64,000 bases of DNA from an uncultured delta proteobacterium (GTDB lineage: Bacteria; Desulfobacterota; WTBG01; CAIYCZ01; CAIRTM01): contig CAWDSQ010000001.1 in the NCBI GenBank assembly GCA_963804955.1, positions 114,905-178,904 on the forward strand, written 5' to 3'. The notes beneath the pieces are model-generated. The model made no database searches. It worked only from the letters and a program-made list of their open reading frames with translations, and was not told the origin of the DNA. Each line of letters begins with the position of its first letter. Position 1 is the stretch's first letter. Shown here one piece after another: positions 1 to 9,950 of the stretch. The position numbers and the translations under genes were made by a program.

Positions 1-201
1 GGCCACCGCGGCGGGGAACTGGGCCTGATTCTTGAGGGAAAAGGCGAGCTGCGGTTCGGCACCGAGATATATGAGCTGAACGCGGGCGACAGCATTTCAT
101 TTGCCGCGGATATTCCCCATGAGCTGAACAATACGGGCAAAAAAACACTAAAGGCTGTCTGGGTTACAACGCCGCCGAAGATATTTTTCAAACAGACATA
201 G
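1..201 (+). CDS. C-terminal cupin domain of a probable XRE/cupin transcriptional regulator (5' end outside window)
   Basis: Frame 1 from base 1 reads GHRGGELGLILEGKGELRFGTEIYELNAGDSISFAADIPHELNNTGKKTLKAVWVTTPP to TAG at 199-201; cupin motifs (GDS..F...PH...N.G). Confidence 0.75.
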   Translation, partial: GHRGGELGLILEGKGELRFGTEIYELNAGDSISFAADIPHELNNTGKKTLKAVWVTTPPKIFFKQT

Positions 202-444
202 CAGGCTGTTGAAAAACGCTCATCTGCCGCCGGTTGCACTCATCATGCTTCACTGCGGCGTACGAAACAGTACGCCTCATTGTCTGCCTGAAGGCAGAAG
301 ACAACAGGGCACTTCGTGCTTTGTCTTCCCCTTGTAGGGTAATCCAAGCTATCCGCTATGCGGATGGCTGTGGCTCGCAAGATTGCCTGCAAGCAGGTGT
401 CAGAGACACGCGCGTCTTGCATCTGAGCATTTTTGAACAGCCTG
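202..444. mobile_element. MITE-like non-autonomous element with imperfect ~26-bp terminal inverted repeats
   Basis: Left end CAGGCTGTTGAAAAACGCTCATCTGC; reverse complement of right end CAGGCTGTTCAAAAATGCTCAGATGC; several internal hairpins; no credible ORF. Confidence 0.65.
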
Positions 445-498
445 TATACAATAACTTTTTCAACCACCTGCTAGAGCCACACAAGAGAGGATAGACAT

Positions 499-1792
499 AT
501 GGGAAAAACAATTGCAGAGAAAATTTTTGACAGCCACCAGGTGGATGAGCCGTATCCGGGCACTCAGGTCATACGGCTTGACGCCGTGTTCTGCCATGAA
601 ATCACCACGCCCACGGCCATCACCGATCTCATGGCCCGCGGCAAAGACCGGGTGTTTGACCCGGCAAAAATAAAGGCCGTTATCGACCACGTATCGCCTG
701 CCAAGGACTCAAAGACCGCCGAGCAGGGCAAGGTGCTGCGGGACTGGGCGCGCCGTCACGGCATTCAGGATTTTTTCGACATCGGCCGCAACGGTGTCTG
801 CCATGCTATTTTCCCGGAAAAGGGTTTTGTGCGGCCGGGCTACACCATCATCATGGGCGATTCGCATACCTGCACGCATGGCGCTTTTGGCGCTTTTGCC
901 GCGGGCGTGGGCACGACCGATCTTGAGGTGGGCATACTCAAGGGCGTGTGCGCGTTCAAGCCCCCGAAAACCATGAAGTTCGAGCTGAGCGGCAAGCTGC
1001 CTGAAGGTGTCTATGCCAAGGACGTGATTCTTTTTATCATCGGCAAAATCGGGGTCAACGGCGCCACCAATATGATTATGGAATTCACCGGCCCGGTCAT
1101 TGACGCCATGGGCATGGACAGCCGCATGACCCTGTGCAATATGGCCATTGAGGCCGGAGCCACCTGCGGCATCTGCAATCCTGACGTGACAACGGTTGAG
1201 TATCTCTGGCCGTTCATTAAAAAAGATTTCGCATCGAAGAAGGAAGCGCTTGCTGCCTATGCAGCCATAGCCTCGGATGCTGACGCGCAGTATGAAAAAA
1301 TTTACGAGTTTGATTTAAGCAGTCTTGAGCCCATGGCGACTTTCGACTACCGGCCCGACAATGTTAAGCCCGTGCGCGAGCTTGCAGGCGCGCCGGTCGA
1401 CCAGGTCTATATCGGCTCCTGCACCAATGGCAGGATCGAGGATCTGCGCATTGCTGCCGCCGTGCTCAAGGGCGGCAAAATCCATGACCGCGTGCGGGGC
1501 ATTCTGTCGCCTGCCACACCGCAGATATACCGGCAGGCCCTTGATGAAGGCCTCATCAACATATTTCATGGATGCCGGGTTCTGCGTGACCAATCCCACC
1601 TGCGGGGCATGTCTCGGCATGAGCAACGGGGTGCTGGCCCCGGGCGAGGTATGCGCTTCAACCACCAACCGTAATTTTTACGGGCGCATGGGCAAGGGCG
1701 GCATGGTGCATCTCATGAGCCCGGCAACAGCCGCTGCTACGGCTCTTGCCGGCTGCATTACCAATTCAGCGCTCTATAAAGGAGGCAAGTGA
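499..1792 (+). CDS. leuC: 3-isopropylmalate dehydratase large subunit (one +1 frameshift near 1565)
   Basis: MGKTIAEKI start, [18 protein letters not shown] and [12 protein letters not shown] motifs; the C-terminal CGACLG...[13 protein letters not shown] is in another frame after an extra T in ATATTTCATG. Confidence 0.93.
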
Positions 1793-1793
1793 T

Positions 1794-2318
1794 ATGAAGA
1801 CATTCGGCGGAAAAGTACTGTTTCTTGACCGGGCTGATATAAATACCGATGAAATAATTCCGGCAAAATATTTGACCGAAATCACCAAGGAAGCGATGAA
1901 GCCCAATCTGCTTGAAGATTTGAAGCTTGCGGGTTTTGACCGCCGGCGCGACATTGCGGGCAAGCGGGTCGTTGTAACGCGGGAGAATTTCGGCTGCGGC
2001 TCCTCCCGTGAGCATGCGCCCTGGGCTTTCGAGGTGAATGACATCACCGCCGTCATCGCCCCGAGCTTTGCCCGCATTTTCCGGCAAAACATGTACAATT
2101 GCGGCATGCTCGCCCTTGAACTGCCGGCAGCAACCATAGAGCATCTGTTTGAAGCCTATGCGGGCAAAGAAACTGCCATGGCCATCGATGTTGCAGCCGG
2201 CGCCATTCGCGTGGAGGCCGCAGGCAGCAGCGAGACCATATCTTTTTCTCTGCAGGGGTTTGATGCCGCCCTGGTGCAGGCCGGCGGCTGGGTGGACTAT
2301 GCAGACAGCAAGTACTGA
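1794..2318 (+). CDS. leuD: 3-isopropylmalate dehydratase small subunit
   Basis: DINTDEIIPA, NFGCGSSREHAPWA and SFARIFRQN motifs; GGAGG RBS; directly after leuC. Confidence 0.93.
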   Translation: MKTFGGKVLFLDRADINTDEIIPAKYLTEITKEAMKPNLLEDLKLAGFDRRRDIAGKRVVVTRENFGCGSSREHAPWAFEVNDITAVIAPSFARIFRQNMYNCGMLALELPAATIEHLFEAYAGKETAMAIDVAAGAIRVEAAGSSETISFSLQGFDAALVQAGGWVDYADSKY

Positions 2319-2392
2319 TGCGGAAGGCTAACTGCTTTTGTTTCGCGACAGTGGAGCCGACATGCCGGCGCCGTGAAACAAAATACCGTGTA

Positions 2393-2437
2393 AAGAAGAA
2401 CAGGGGCTGCCCGCTGGCAGCCCCTGTTCTTCTTTTT
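2393..2437. terminator. Bidirectional intrinsic terminator between convergent leuD and hsp20
   Basis: AAGAAGAACAGGGGCTGCC-CGCT-GGCAGCCCCTGTTCTTCTT perfect stem followed by a T-run. Confidence 0.8.
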
Positions 2438-2451
2438 AGGCCGGTTAAAGG

Positions 2452-2871
2452 TTATTCAACCTTTATTTCTATGGCCTTAGGCTCTTTTGCCGCCGGAGCC
2501 GGAATGCTCAGTTCCAGGACTCCGTCCGTGTATTTTGCATGTATGTCTTTTTCGGTAACTCCCTCGGGAACCCTTAAGCTCCGCTCAAAACTGCCGAAAG
2601 TCCGCTCGACTCTGTGATAGCCGTCTTTTTTCTCCTCATGTTCATCACGGCGCTCGCCTCGCAGGGTCAGCACGCTGTTGCGCAGCTCAATGTGAATGTC
2701 GTCTTTCTTGAGTCCGGGCAGATCGGCTTTAACCAGATATGTTCCGTCTTTCTCCTTCACATCAATTGCCGGAGTCCAAACCCTATCTGCGTCAGCAGAA
2801 AAAAAATCATCGTCGAACAGGCGTAAAAGTCCCTCGAAAGGGGTCCTTGTTTTCCATAGTGTGATTGCCAT
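2452..2871 (-). CDS. Hsp20/alpha-crystallin small heat-shock protein
   Basis: WTPAIDVKE...KADLPG...HRVERTFGSFERS...AKYTDGVLELSIP; AAGGAGG RBS before ATG at 2871. Confidence 0.93.
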   Translation of the reverse strand: MAITLWKTRTPFEGLLRLFDDDFFSADADRVWTPAIDVKEKDGTYLVKADLPGLKKDDIHIELRNSVLTLRGERRDEHEEKKDGYHRVERTFGSFERSLRVPEGVTEKDIHAKYTDGVLELSIPAPAAKEPKAIEIKVE

Positions 2872-3115
2872 AATAAACACCTCCTTTGATCCTTGAGGTT
2901 TATCTTACTGCATCCGCTAAAAATATAAGCATTTGCGCACCGCGGTCAAGTGAATACCGGTCAAAAATTTTTATGATAGCACGTGCTCAAAAAAAGGCGA
3001 TCTGAGAGGACTCTCATTCAATACCCTGGTGGGGCAGGAGGATGGCGACACAGCTCTTTGCGGGAATGCACCGTCAGGGAGGCATCACAATAAAAAGGCC
3101 CCCCTTTTATGCTCT

Positions 3116-3137
3116 TACTCAGGGATATCCTTGAGTA
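3116..3137. promoter_or_regulatory. 22-bp near-perfect palindrome, candidate operator
   Basis: TACTCAGGGAT/ATCCTTGAGTA (1 mismatch) in the divergent intergenic region between hsp20 and the gene at 3261. Confidence 0.4.
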
Positions 3138-3260
3138 TACAGGTAAAAATATAAGAATAAATGAATTGCACATTATATATATTGCAGGATATTATTTCGC
3201 CGTCGGACAGCCAGGATAGACTGGTACAGTTAGAACCCATGACGCAGAGGAGAAGAGAAT

Positions 3261-3848
3261 ATGAAAAAAACATCAGGAGCTTTTTTATCTGTGCTAAGCT
3301 TGATCATGTTTATACTGCTGGCTGCCTCCCCGCAATCCGGCTATGCTGCCGGGCAGGATACCCCCACTATTGCCCAGGCGGGCACACAGGAGACCACCCC
3401 GCCGGCTACCGCCGAAAAACAGGAGCAGGTTGGCAAAAGCGATAAAGAAAGAACCAAACACCCGATTCTCATGTATCTCCCGAACAGGATTTTCGACCTG
3501 ATGGATATATTCCGCGTCCGTGTCAGGGTCGGGCCCGGCATATCTGCCGGCGTACGGGCAACCAGGCCGGTTTCGGCTTTTGTGGGCTTTCACAGTTCTG
3601 TGTTTGCAGGGCTTCCCGGGCCGCGCGGCACGGCTGAAATCCCCTGGCCGGCGGGGATTGAAAACCGCGGCGGCGCGCAGGTCAGCGTAGTTGATCTGTC
3701 AACGAAAGAAACGTATTATGATCCGCTTGAAATCGGCCTTGAAGCCCACCCGCTTATAGTGGGCTTTAATATCGGCATCGGCGTTTTTGAAGTGCTTGAT
3801 TTTGCGACAGGCTTTTTGTTTATAGACCTGCAGAGAGATGATTTTTAG
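3261..3848 (+). CDS. Exported hypothetical protein
   Basis: 195-aa ORF with a signal-peptide-like N-terminus and GAGGAG RBS; amphipathic C-terminal region. Confidence 0.7.
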   Translation: MKKTSGAFLSVLSLIMFILLAASPQSGYAAGQDTPTIAQAGTQETTPPATAEKQEQVGKSDKERTKHPILMYLPNRIFDLMDIFRVRVRVGPGISAGVRATRPVSAFVGFHSSVFAGLPGPRGTAEIPWPAGIENRGGAQVSVVDLSTKETYYDPLEIGLEAHPLIVGFNIGIGVFEVLDFATGFLFIDLQRDDF

Positions 3849-3990
3849 CCAGTGGATTTGTTGGGTTCTTCGCCGCGGCGGATTAACACAACCTGTAAAA
3901 AATGACTTTTCGTTCAGGTGCCGCTTAAAACGCCAGAGGGAAATTATAAGAATAAAGCCTGTAAGAATCTAATACCCGAGACATAGGTCA

Positions 3991-5874
3991 ATGATGCCTA
4001 AAATAAAGACGCTGACAGCTGTTGGCCTGGTGCTGGTATGGGCCCTGGCTGTGTCCGGCTGCGCGACCCCCGTAGGGGTGAGAAATATCACACCCCGCAC
4101 GGCCTATCAGGATACGTTTGAAAACTCTTTGAGCGATGGGGCTTTCAGCGATAATACGAAGATTGTCCTGGATCGCTTCGACCTGCAGCAAACATTCAAA
4201 AAAAATCCCGCTGCTGTTATCGAAACACTTCATAAAAAAGCGCTCAGCGACGGCCGCAGGGATATGCTCTATGCCCTGGCAGAGCTTTGCTATGAGCATG
4301 GCGAACAGCTGCACAAAAGTTTTTTTTCGAGCACCAGCAAGAGCGCTTCCGACTATTTCCTGCTTTCGGCTGTCTATGCCTATCTCTATATACTGGCCGA
4401 CATGCGGGAGCCTCCTCCCTCTGCCTTTGATCAGAGGTTTCGCGCAGCATGCGATCTGTATAATTTTTCCTTATGGCGGGCACTGTCAACCGGCAATGGC
4501 GGCAGGCTGGTTTTGCAGGAAGGGCCACGCAAACTTCCTGTCGGCGGCATTTCCATTGCCCTTAAACGGGCACAGTTCCCCTGGGCCCTGGAGGATTTTG
4601 AAGAGTTTCTGCCTGCGTATAAATATGCCGTGCGCGGCATTACCGTGCGCAACCGGACCCGGGGGATGGGGCTTCCGCTGATAGGTCTTAAAAAACAGGC
4701 GGAAGATGGCCTGTCTGCCTACCAGCCGGTACCTGTTACCGCATTTCTTGATATACAGGGAGGCCTTGCGGAGCTGACCGACGGCAGCGCCGCTGCTTCA
4801 CTTAAGCTTTACTCGGCCTATGATGATGCCGAGGTGTTTGTAGACAATCGGGTGGTTCCCCTTGAAACCGATACCACAACCCCGACCGCCTACCAGCTCG
4901 AACATGAATCCATTCTCTGGGACTACGGGCTCAAGTCTTTTCTTGGCAAGCTCGCGGCAGTTCCCAATAAACTGCATCTCATGCAGCCATACCAGCCCGG
5001 CAGAATACCCGTCGTCTTTGTCCATGGCACCATGAGCAGCCCGGTGTGGTGGACGGAGATGTGGAATACCCTGCGGGCCGATCCGGAGCTGCGCCGGACG
5101 TATCAGTTCTGGTTCTTTATGTATAACAGCAATGCGCTGGTCACGCTGTCGGCTGCTGATCTGCGGGACAAGTTGCGCAGCCAGGTCGCCCAGCTTGATC
5201 CGGAGGGAAAAGATCCGGCGCTCAGCAGATGGTCGTGGTCGGTCACAGCCAGGGAGGTCTTCTGGCAAATCTCACGGCTGTTACTACCGGAGACCGCCTT
5301 GTGCGGTCCCTGACCGATAAGGATATCGATTCCCTGGACATTTCGGATGAGCATGAAAGCCCTGATGCGCCGCGCCCTGATTGTCGAGCCGCTGCCGTTT
5401 GTGAAGCGCGTGGTGTTTATCTCGACGCCCCACCGGGGAAGTTTCCGGAGCAGCAGATGGATACGAAAAATAGCCCAAAAAATAATCAGCCTGCCGTCAA
5501 CTATTGTCACCTTCCCCCTGAGCGCATACACATTTCTCAGGGATGATGTTAAAAACCTGTTCGGTGACAGGCTTCCCGTCACGAGCCTTGACAGCATGTC
5601 GCCCGCCAATCCGGTCATGAAGACTCTGGCCGATATTCCCTTGGCGCCGGGGGTAAAAGGCAATTCGATCATAGCGGTGCAAAATCCCGATGACCCTAAG
5701 GAGCAGTGGAATGACGGCGTTGTCCAGTACTCAAGCGCGCATATCGAAGGCATGGAATCGGAATTCATCGTCCATGCCGGCCATTCCTGCCAGGGGCACC
5801 CGCTTACCATCGAGGAGGTGCGCAGGATACTGATTGAACATGCTGTCTCTATAGGGGCAATTCCAAATCCCTGA
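3991..5874 (+). CDS. Lipoprotein alpha/beta hydrolase (esterase/lipase family), two frameshifts near 5225 and 5350
   Basis: Lipobox VSGC; PVVFVHG, GHSQGG nucleophile elbow, STPHRGS, DGVV and a C-terminal His distributed over three consecutive frames. Confidence 0.8.
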
Positions 5875-6007
5875 AGTGAAATTAAAAAATGTGCTATATA
5901 TTTTATATTCGTATTGATGTGCAGCTGGGATAAAAATGTACAGAGAAGTCGGCAGGGATGCCTTTAAGATCATCTTTATAACCCATTAATCCAAGGAGGT
6001 CAGAGCT

Positions 6008-6697
6008 ATGAGGATACAAAGCAAACGGATGTTACAGGTACTGACAGGTTTGTGTGTGCTCATGCTTTTTGGGGCCTGCGCGACGATGCAGGCCCGCAGC
6101 ACGAAAACAACGGGGTTTCTGGGCGACTATTCGCAGCTTAAAGCGGGCGGCGAGGGCAAGGCGCTGCTTGTGTATATCGACCCGGCCGCCGATATCAAAT
6201 CCTATACCCGCATTCTCATGGATCCTGTCAAGCTGTATGCCTCACAGGAGAACAGCATGGAGAATGTTCCCCTGGACGAACGCAAAAAGCTCCTGAATTA
6301 TGCTGATGCGGCTATTCGCGCAAAGCTTGCCAAAGAGTATGTTTTCGTGCGCGAGCCGGGCCCCGGGGTCATGCGCCTGCGCGTTGCCCTTACCGAGGCA
6401 GAAGATGCCAATGTTACCATGGATACCATATCGACGGTTTTGCCCATAGGCCTTGCTCTTGCCGGCCTGCAGACCGTTGCAACGGGATCAAGTTCCTTTG
6501 TCGGCTCCGCTGGGGTGGAAGCCGAGCTGCTGGACAGTCAGACCGGCAAGCGCCTTATGGCGGCGGTTGACCGCCGGGTGGGCGGCAAAATGACCGGACA
6601 GGGCGACAAGTTTGACGAATGGCGCACGGTGAAGAATGCTATCGACTACTGGGCCGAGCGGCTGCAGACCCGCCTTGCCGAACAGCGGGCGCAATAA
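6008..6697 (+). CDS. DUF3313-like lipoprotein (copy 1 of 3)
   Basis: Lipobox FGAC; TGFLGDYSQL, GPGVMRLRVALT and EAELLDSQTG motifs; AAGGAGG RBS. Confidence 0.8.
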   Translation: MRIQSKRMLQVLTGLCVLMLFGACATMQARSTKTTGFLGDYSQLKAGGEGKALLVYIDPAADIKSYTRILMDPVKLYASQENSMENVPLDERKKLLNYADAAIRAKLAKEYVFVREPGPGVMRLRVALTEAEDANVTMDTISTVLPIGLALAGLQTVATGSSSFVGSAGVEAELLDSQTGKRLMAAVDRRVGGKMTGQGDKFDEWRTVKNAIDYWAERLQTRLAEQRAQ

Positions 6698-6832
6698 AAG
6701 TTCACCGGAGTGAGTGAGGCATAACAGGGCTTAGACCGGAACCGTAACCCCGGCAGGTGTTTGTGCATGCTCTCAGGTGAAGGCTTCTCAACAGAAGCGA
6801 ACCATTTCAATTTTTCGACAAAAGGAGGAAGT

Positions 6833-7087
6833 ATGGCGGACAAAGGCGTTTTATCGGTTTATTACACCAACGGCAAAGTTCAGTGGTTTGAGTTCACGCG
6901 TGCCGAGGATACGACAAATATCGGAAGCCGCATTCAGGAAATCATGAAAAGCAAGCAGCTTCTTCTCGACCTGGAAGACAAAACACTTATCATTCCCTTT
7001 GCCAGCATTCAGCACATTGAAATATCGCCCCCGATGCAGAAGCTGCCCCTGACAGCCATCAAAAATATTCGCCAGATTCAGGAGTAG
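6833..7087 (+). CDS. Small hypothetical protein (84 aa)
   Basis: AAAGGAGG RBS before ATG at 6833; globular-looking sequence. Confidence 0.65.
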   Translation: MADKGVLSVYYTNGKVQWFEFTRAEDTTNIGSRIQEIMKSKQLLLDLEDKTLIIPFASIQHIEISPPMQKLPLTAIKNIRQIQE

Positions 7088-7213
7088 CCTTTTCGGTTCA
7101 TTGGCGGGCTGCATTGCATGGGCTGAAAAATTTTACCGGAATCCTGCCTTGAAAGTCCTGTTTTGTAAGAGGGGAGCAGCACTCATAATTTTTAGCGATA
7201 AAGGAGAATACTT

Positions 7214-8233
7214 GTGCAGTTGGCGATGATTGGTCTCGGAAGGATGGGCGGAGCCATGGCCCGCCGGCTGATGCGCGCAGGCCACGAAGTCCTGGTGTAT
7301 TCCGCCACAGCCAAAACACGGGAAACCTTTGCCCGCGAGACCGGGGCGCGAGCGGCATCTTCCATCCGGGAACTGATGGCACTGCTGAAGCCGCCACGAA
7401 TTGTCTGGCTCATGGTGCCGGCGGCCGTGGTCGATTCGACACTGAGCGAGCTGGCAGGCTTTGTTGAAAAGGACGATATCATCGTCGACGGAGGCAATTC
7501 AGCCTATGTTGACGATATCAGGCGGGCAAGCGAGCTTGCAGCCCGTGGTGTGCACTATGTCGATTGCGGCACCAGCGGCGGCGTCTGGGGCTTGGAGCGG
7601 GGATACTGCCTGATGATCGGCGGTGAAGACGCGGCAGTCAGGCGGCTTGACCCCATCTTTTCGGCGCTCGCGCCCGGCGCGGGCTCCATATCGCGCACAG
7701 CGGGCCGTGGATGCGCAGGCTCTACGGCCGAGCAGGGCTATCTGCACTGCGGGCCCAGCGGCGCAGGCCACTTCGTGAAGATGGTTCACAACGGCATCGA
7801 GTACGGCATCATGGCAGCCTATGCCGAGGGTCTCAATATACTGCATCATGCCGATGCGGGAATGAAACCGCAGCCGACTGACGCCGAGACAGCCCCGCTG
7901 CGCAATCCTGAACAGTACCGGTATGCATTCAATACAGCCGACATCGCCGAGCTCTGGCGGCGCGGCAGCGTTATCTCCTCGTGGCTTCTGGACCTGACAG
8001 CCGCTGCCCTGCTGGAAGATCCCGGCCTTGCTGATTTTGCGGGCCGTGTATCTGATTCCGGCGAAGGCCGCTGGACTATCAAGGCCGCCATTGATGAGGC
8101 AGTGCCCGCCCCGGTGCTCACGGCGGCTCTGTATGCGCGCTTCAGCTCCCGCGGCGAGGCGGATTTTGCCGACAGGCTTCTGTCTGCCATGCGCTATAAA
8201 TTCGGCGGCCATCTTGAAAAGCCGAAAAAATGA
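7214..8233 (+). CDS. gnd: 6-phosphogluconate dehydrogenase, decarboxylating (short NAD-type)
   Basis: GLGRMG Rossmann motif, DGGNS, DCGTSGGVWG, GAGHFVKMVHNGIEYG, DSGEGRWT and AMRYKFGGH. Confidence 0.93.
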   Translation: MQLAMIGLGRMGGAMARRLMRAGHEVLVYSATAKTRETFARETGARAASSIRELMALLKPPRIVWLMVPAAVVDSTLSELAGFVEKDDIIVDGGNSAYVDDIRRASELAARGVHYVDCGTSGGVWGLERGYCLMIGGEDAAVRRLDPIFSALAPGAGSISRTAGRGCAGSTAEQGYLHCGPSGAGHFVKMVHNGIEYGIMAAYAEGLNILHHADAGMKPQPTDAETAPLRNPEQYRYAFNTADIAELWRRGSVISSWLLDLTAAALLEDPGLADFAGRVSDSGEGRWTIKAAIDEAVPAPVLTAALYARFSSRGEADFADRLLSAMRYKFGGHLEKPKK

Positions 8234-8374
8234 GGAGGCAGGGGCTTACTGCCCGGCGCATTACCCTGACAGTGCGCCTACTGTAAGCAAGGCAGGAAAG
8301 GGCGGCTTTGGACAGGAAGTTGTCCGCTCACCGGAGGGAGATACTTCAGGCAGTGAAAGGAACAGCAGGCTTGT

Positions 8375-9061
8375 ATGGAGATTAAACTGCTGGCCGATGC
8401 CGGTGCGGCAGCGCTGGCAGCCGCCGGGCTTATCGCCGCAGATGCGCGGGCAGCCGTGGCCGCACGAGGGAGCTTCATTGCGGCCTTCAGCGGCGGGCAT
8501 ACGCCGCGGGCCATGCTGCGGGCCCTGGCAGATGAACATATCCCCTGGGATTGCGTGCATATCGTGCAGGTGGATGAACGCGTGGCGCCTGCGGAAGATC
8601 CGGATCGAAACCTCACGGGCTTGCGCGAATGCCTTCTTGAGCATGCCCCGCTGAGGCCGGAGCAGCTCTATGCCATGCCGGTTGAAGACCCTGACCTTGA
8701 TGCAGCCGCTGCAGCCTATGCCGCTACCCTCAGCAGCATCGCCGGATCGCCGCCGGTGCTCGACCTTGTTCATCTGGGCCTGGGGACCGACGGGCACACC
8801 GCATCGCTGGTTCCCGGAGACCCGGTCCTTCTTGTCGCCGACGCCGACGTCGCTCTGACCGGAGTATATCAGCAGCACCGCCGCATGACCCTGACCTACC
8901 CCATGCTCAATCGCTCCAGACGCATTTTGTGGCTCGTGACCGGGGCTGAAAAGTCAGGCATGCTGGGGCGCCTGCGCGACGGAGACGCATCGATTCCGGC
9001 GGGGTTGGTGAGCCGCGACCGTGCAATTGTGTTTGCCGATCAGGCGGCGGATTTTCTGTGA
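8375..9061 (+). CDS. pgl: 6-phosphogluconolactonase
   Basis: SGGHTP, DERV, DLVHLGLGTDGHTASL and RMTLT motifs; adjacent to gnd. Confidence 0.9.
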   Translation: MEIKLLADAGAAALAAAGLIAADARAAVAARGSFIAAFSGGHTPRAMLRALADEHIPWDCVHIVQVDERVAPAEDPDRNLTGLRECLLEHAPLRPEQLYAMPVEDPDLDAAAAAYAATLSSIAGSPPVLDLVHLGLGTDGHTASLVPGDPVLLVADADVALTGVYQQHRRMTLTYPMLNRSRRILWLVTGAEKSGMLGRLRDGDASIPAGLVSRDRAIVFADQAADFL

Positions 9062-9120
9062 CGCATCAATGCCGGGCTGTTTGATTGCTGACGGAAATGA
9101 CATACAAGAACAGAGGAACT

Positions 9121-9840
9121 ATGAAGCACATCGAATCACCTGATCGGCAGAACACCACCCCTGAATGCGAAGCGAGAACTTCTGCTAAAGAAAGAGTCAG
9201 GCGCTACTCCGCCATCGAGTTTCTTATTGCGCTCGTACTGCTGATTGTATCCATGCCGCTGCTGGATACTATGCGGCATGGCGTTATGCTCCAAACGGTA
9301 CTGCTGACGGTCGTGATGCTTTCAGCGCTGGTGGTTGTAGGGGCAAACCGCAGAGTGCTGATACCGGCATGTATTCTGGCAGTTCCTGCAGTAGCCAGCA
9401 GATGGGTCAATTTTTATAGGCCCGATCTGCTGCATGCGGATATCCATCTGGCTGCAGCCATACTGTTTATTGGCTTTATTATTGTGCGGCTCCTCGGGTT
9501 TGTGCTCAGGGCGCCGAAAGTGAATGAAGAGGTTCTCAGCGCAGCGGTTTCCACCTATCTTTTGCTGGGTCTTCTCTGGATGTTTGCCTTCCTGCTTACG
9601 GCCAGCATTGATCCCGGCTCGTTTGCTTTCAGCTCAGGGCCTGCCGCCGAACGCGGTATAAGCGGCTTCAATGCTCTGTACTTCAGCTTCGTCACCCTCT
9701 GCACCGTCGGGTACGGTGACATCACGCCGGTGTCCCCCGTTGCGCGTATGCTGGCCTTTACCGAGGCCGTAGCGGGTCTGTTTTATATGGCCATGATTGT
9801 CGCCCGTCTGGTGGCGCTGTATTCCTCGGAAAAACACTAG
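9121..9840 (+). CDS. Potassium channel family membrane protein
   Basis: Multiple TM helices and LYFSFVTLCTVGYGDITP selectivity filter. Confidence 0.88.
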   Translation: MKHIESPDRQNTTPECEARTSAKERVRRYSAIEFLIALVLLIVSMPLLDTMRHGVMLQTVLLTVVMLSALVVVGANRRVLIPACILAVPAVASRWVNFYRPDLLHADIHLAAAILFIGFIIVRLLGFVLRAPKVNEEVLSAAVSTYLLLGLLWMFAFLLTASIDPGSFAFSSGPAAERGISGFNALYFSFVTLCTVGYGDITPVSPVARMLAFTEAVAGLFYMAMIVARLVALYSSEKH

Positions 9841-9950
9841 AGGGCGGGTTGTATTTTGAACTGAGGCTGTTTACAGAATACTTCCCGCGAGCTTGTGATC
9901 CCGCACTTTCAGTCAGCTATCAAGCCAACCCCCCTGCCTTGGCTGCGGGC

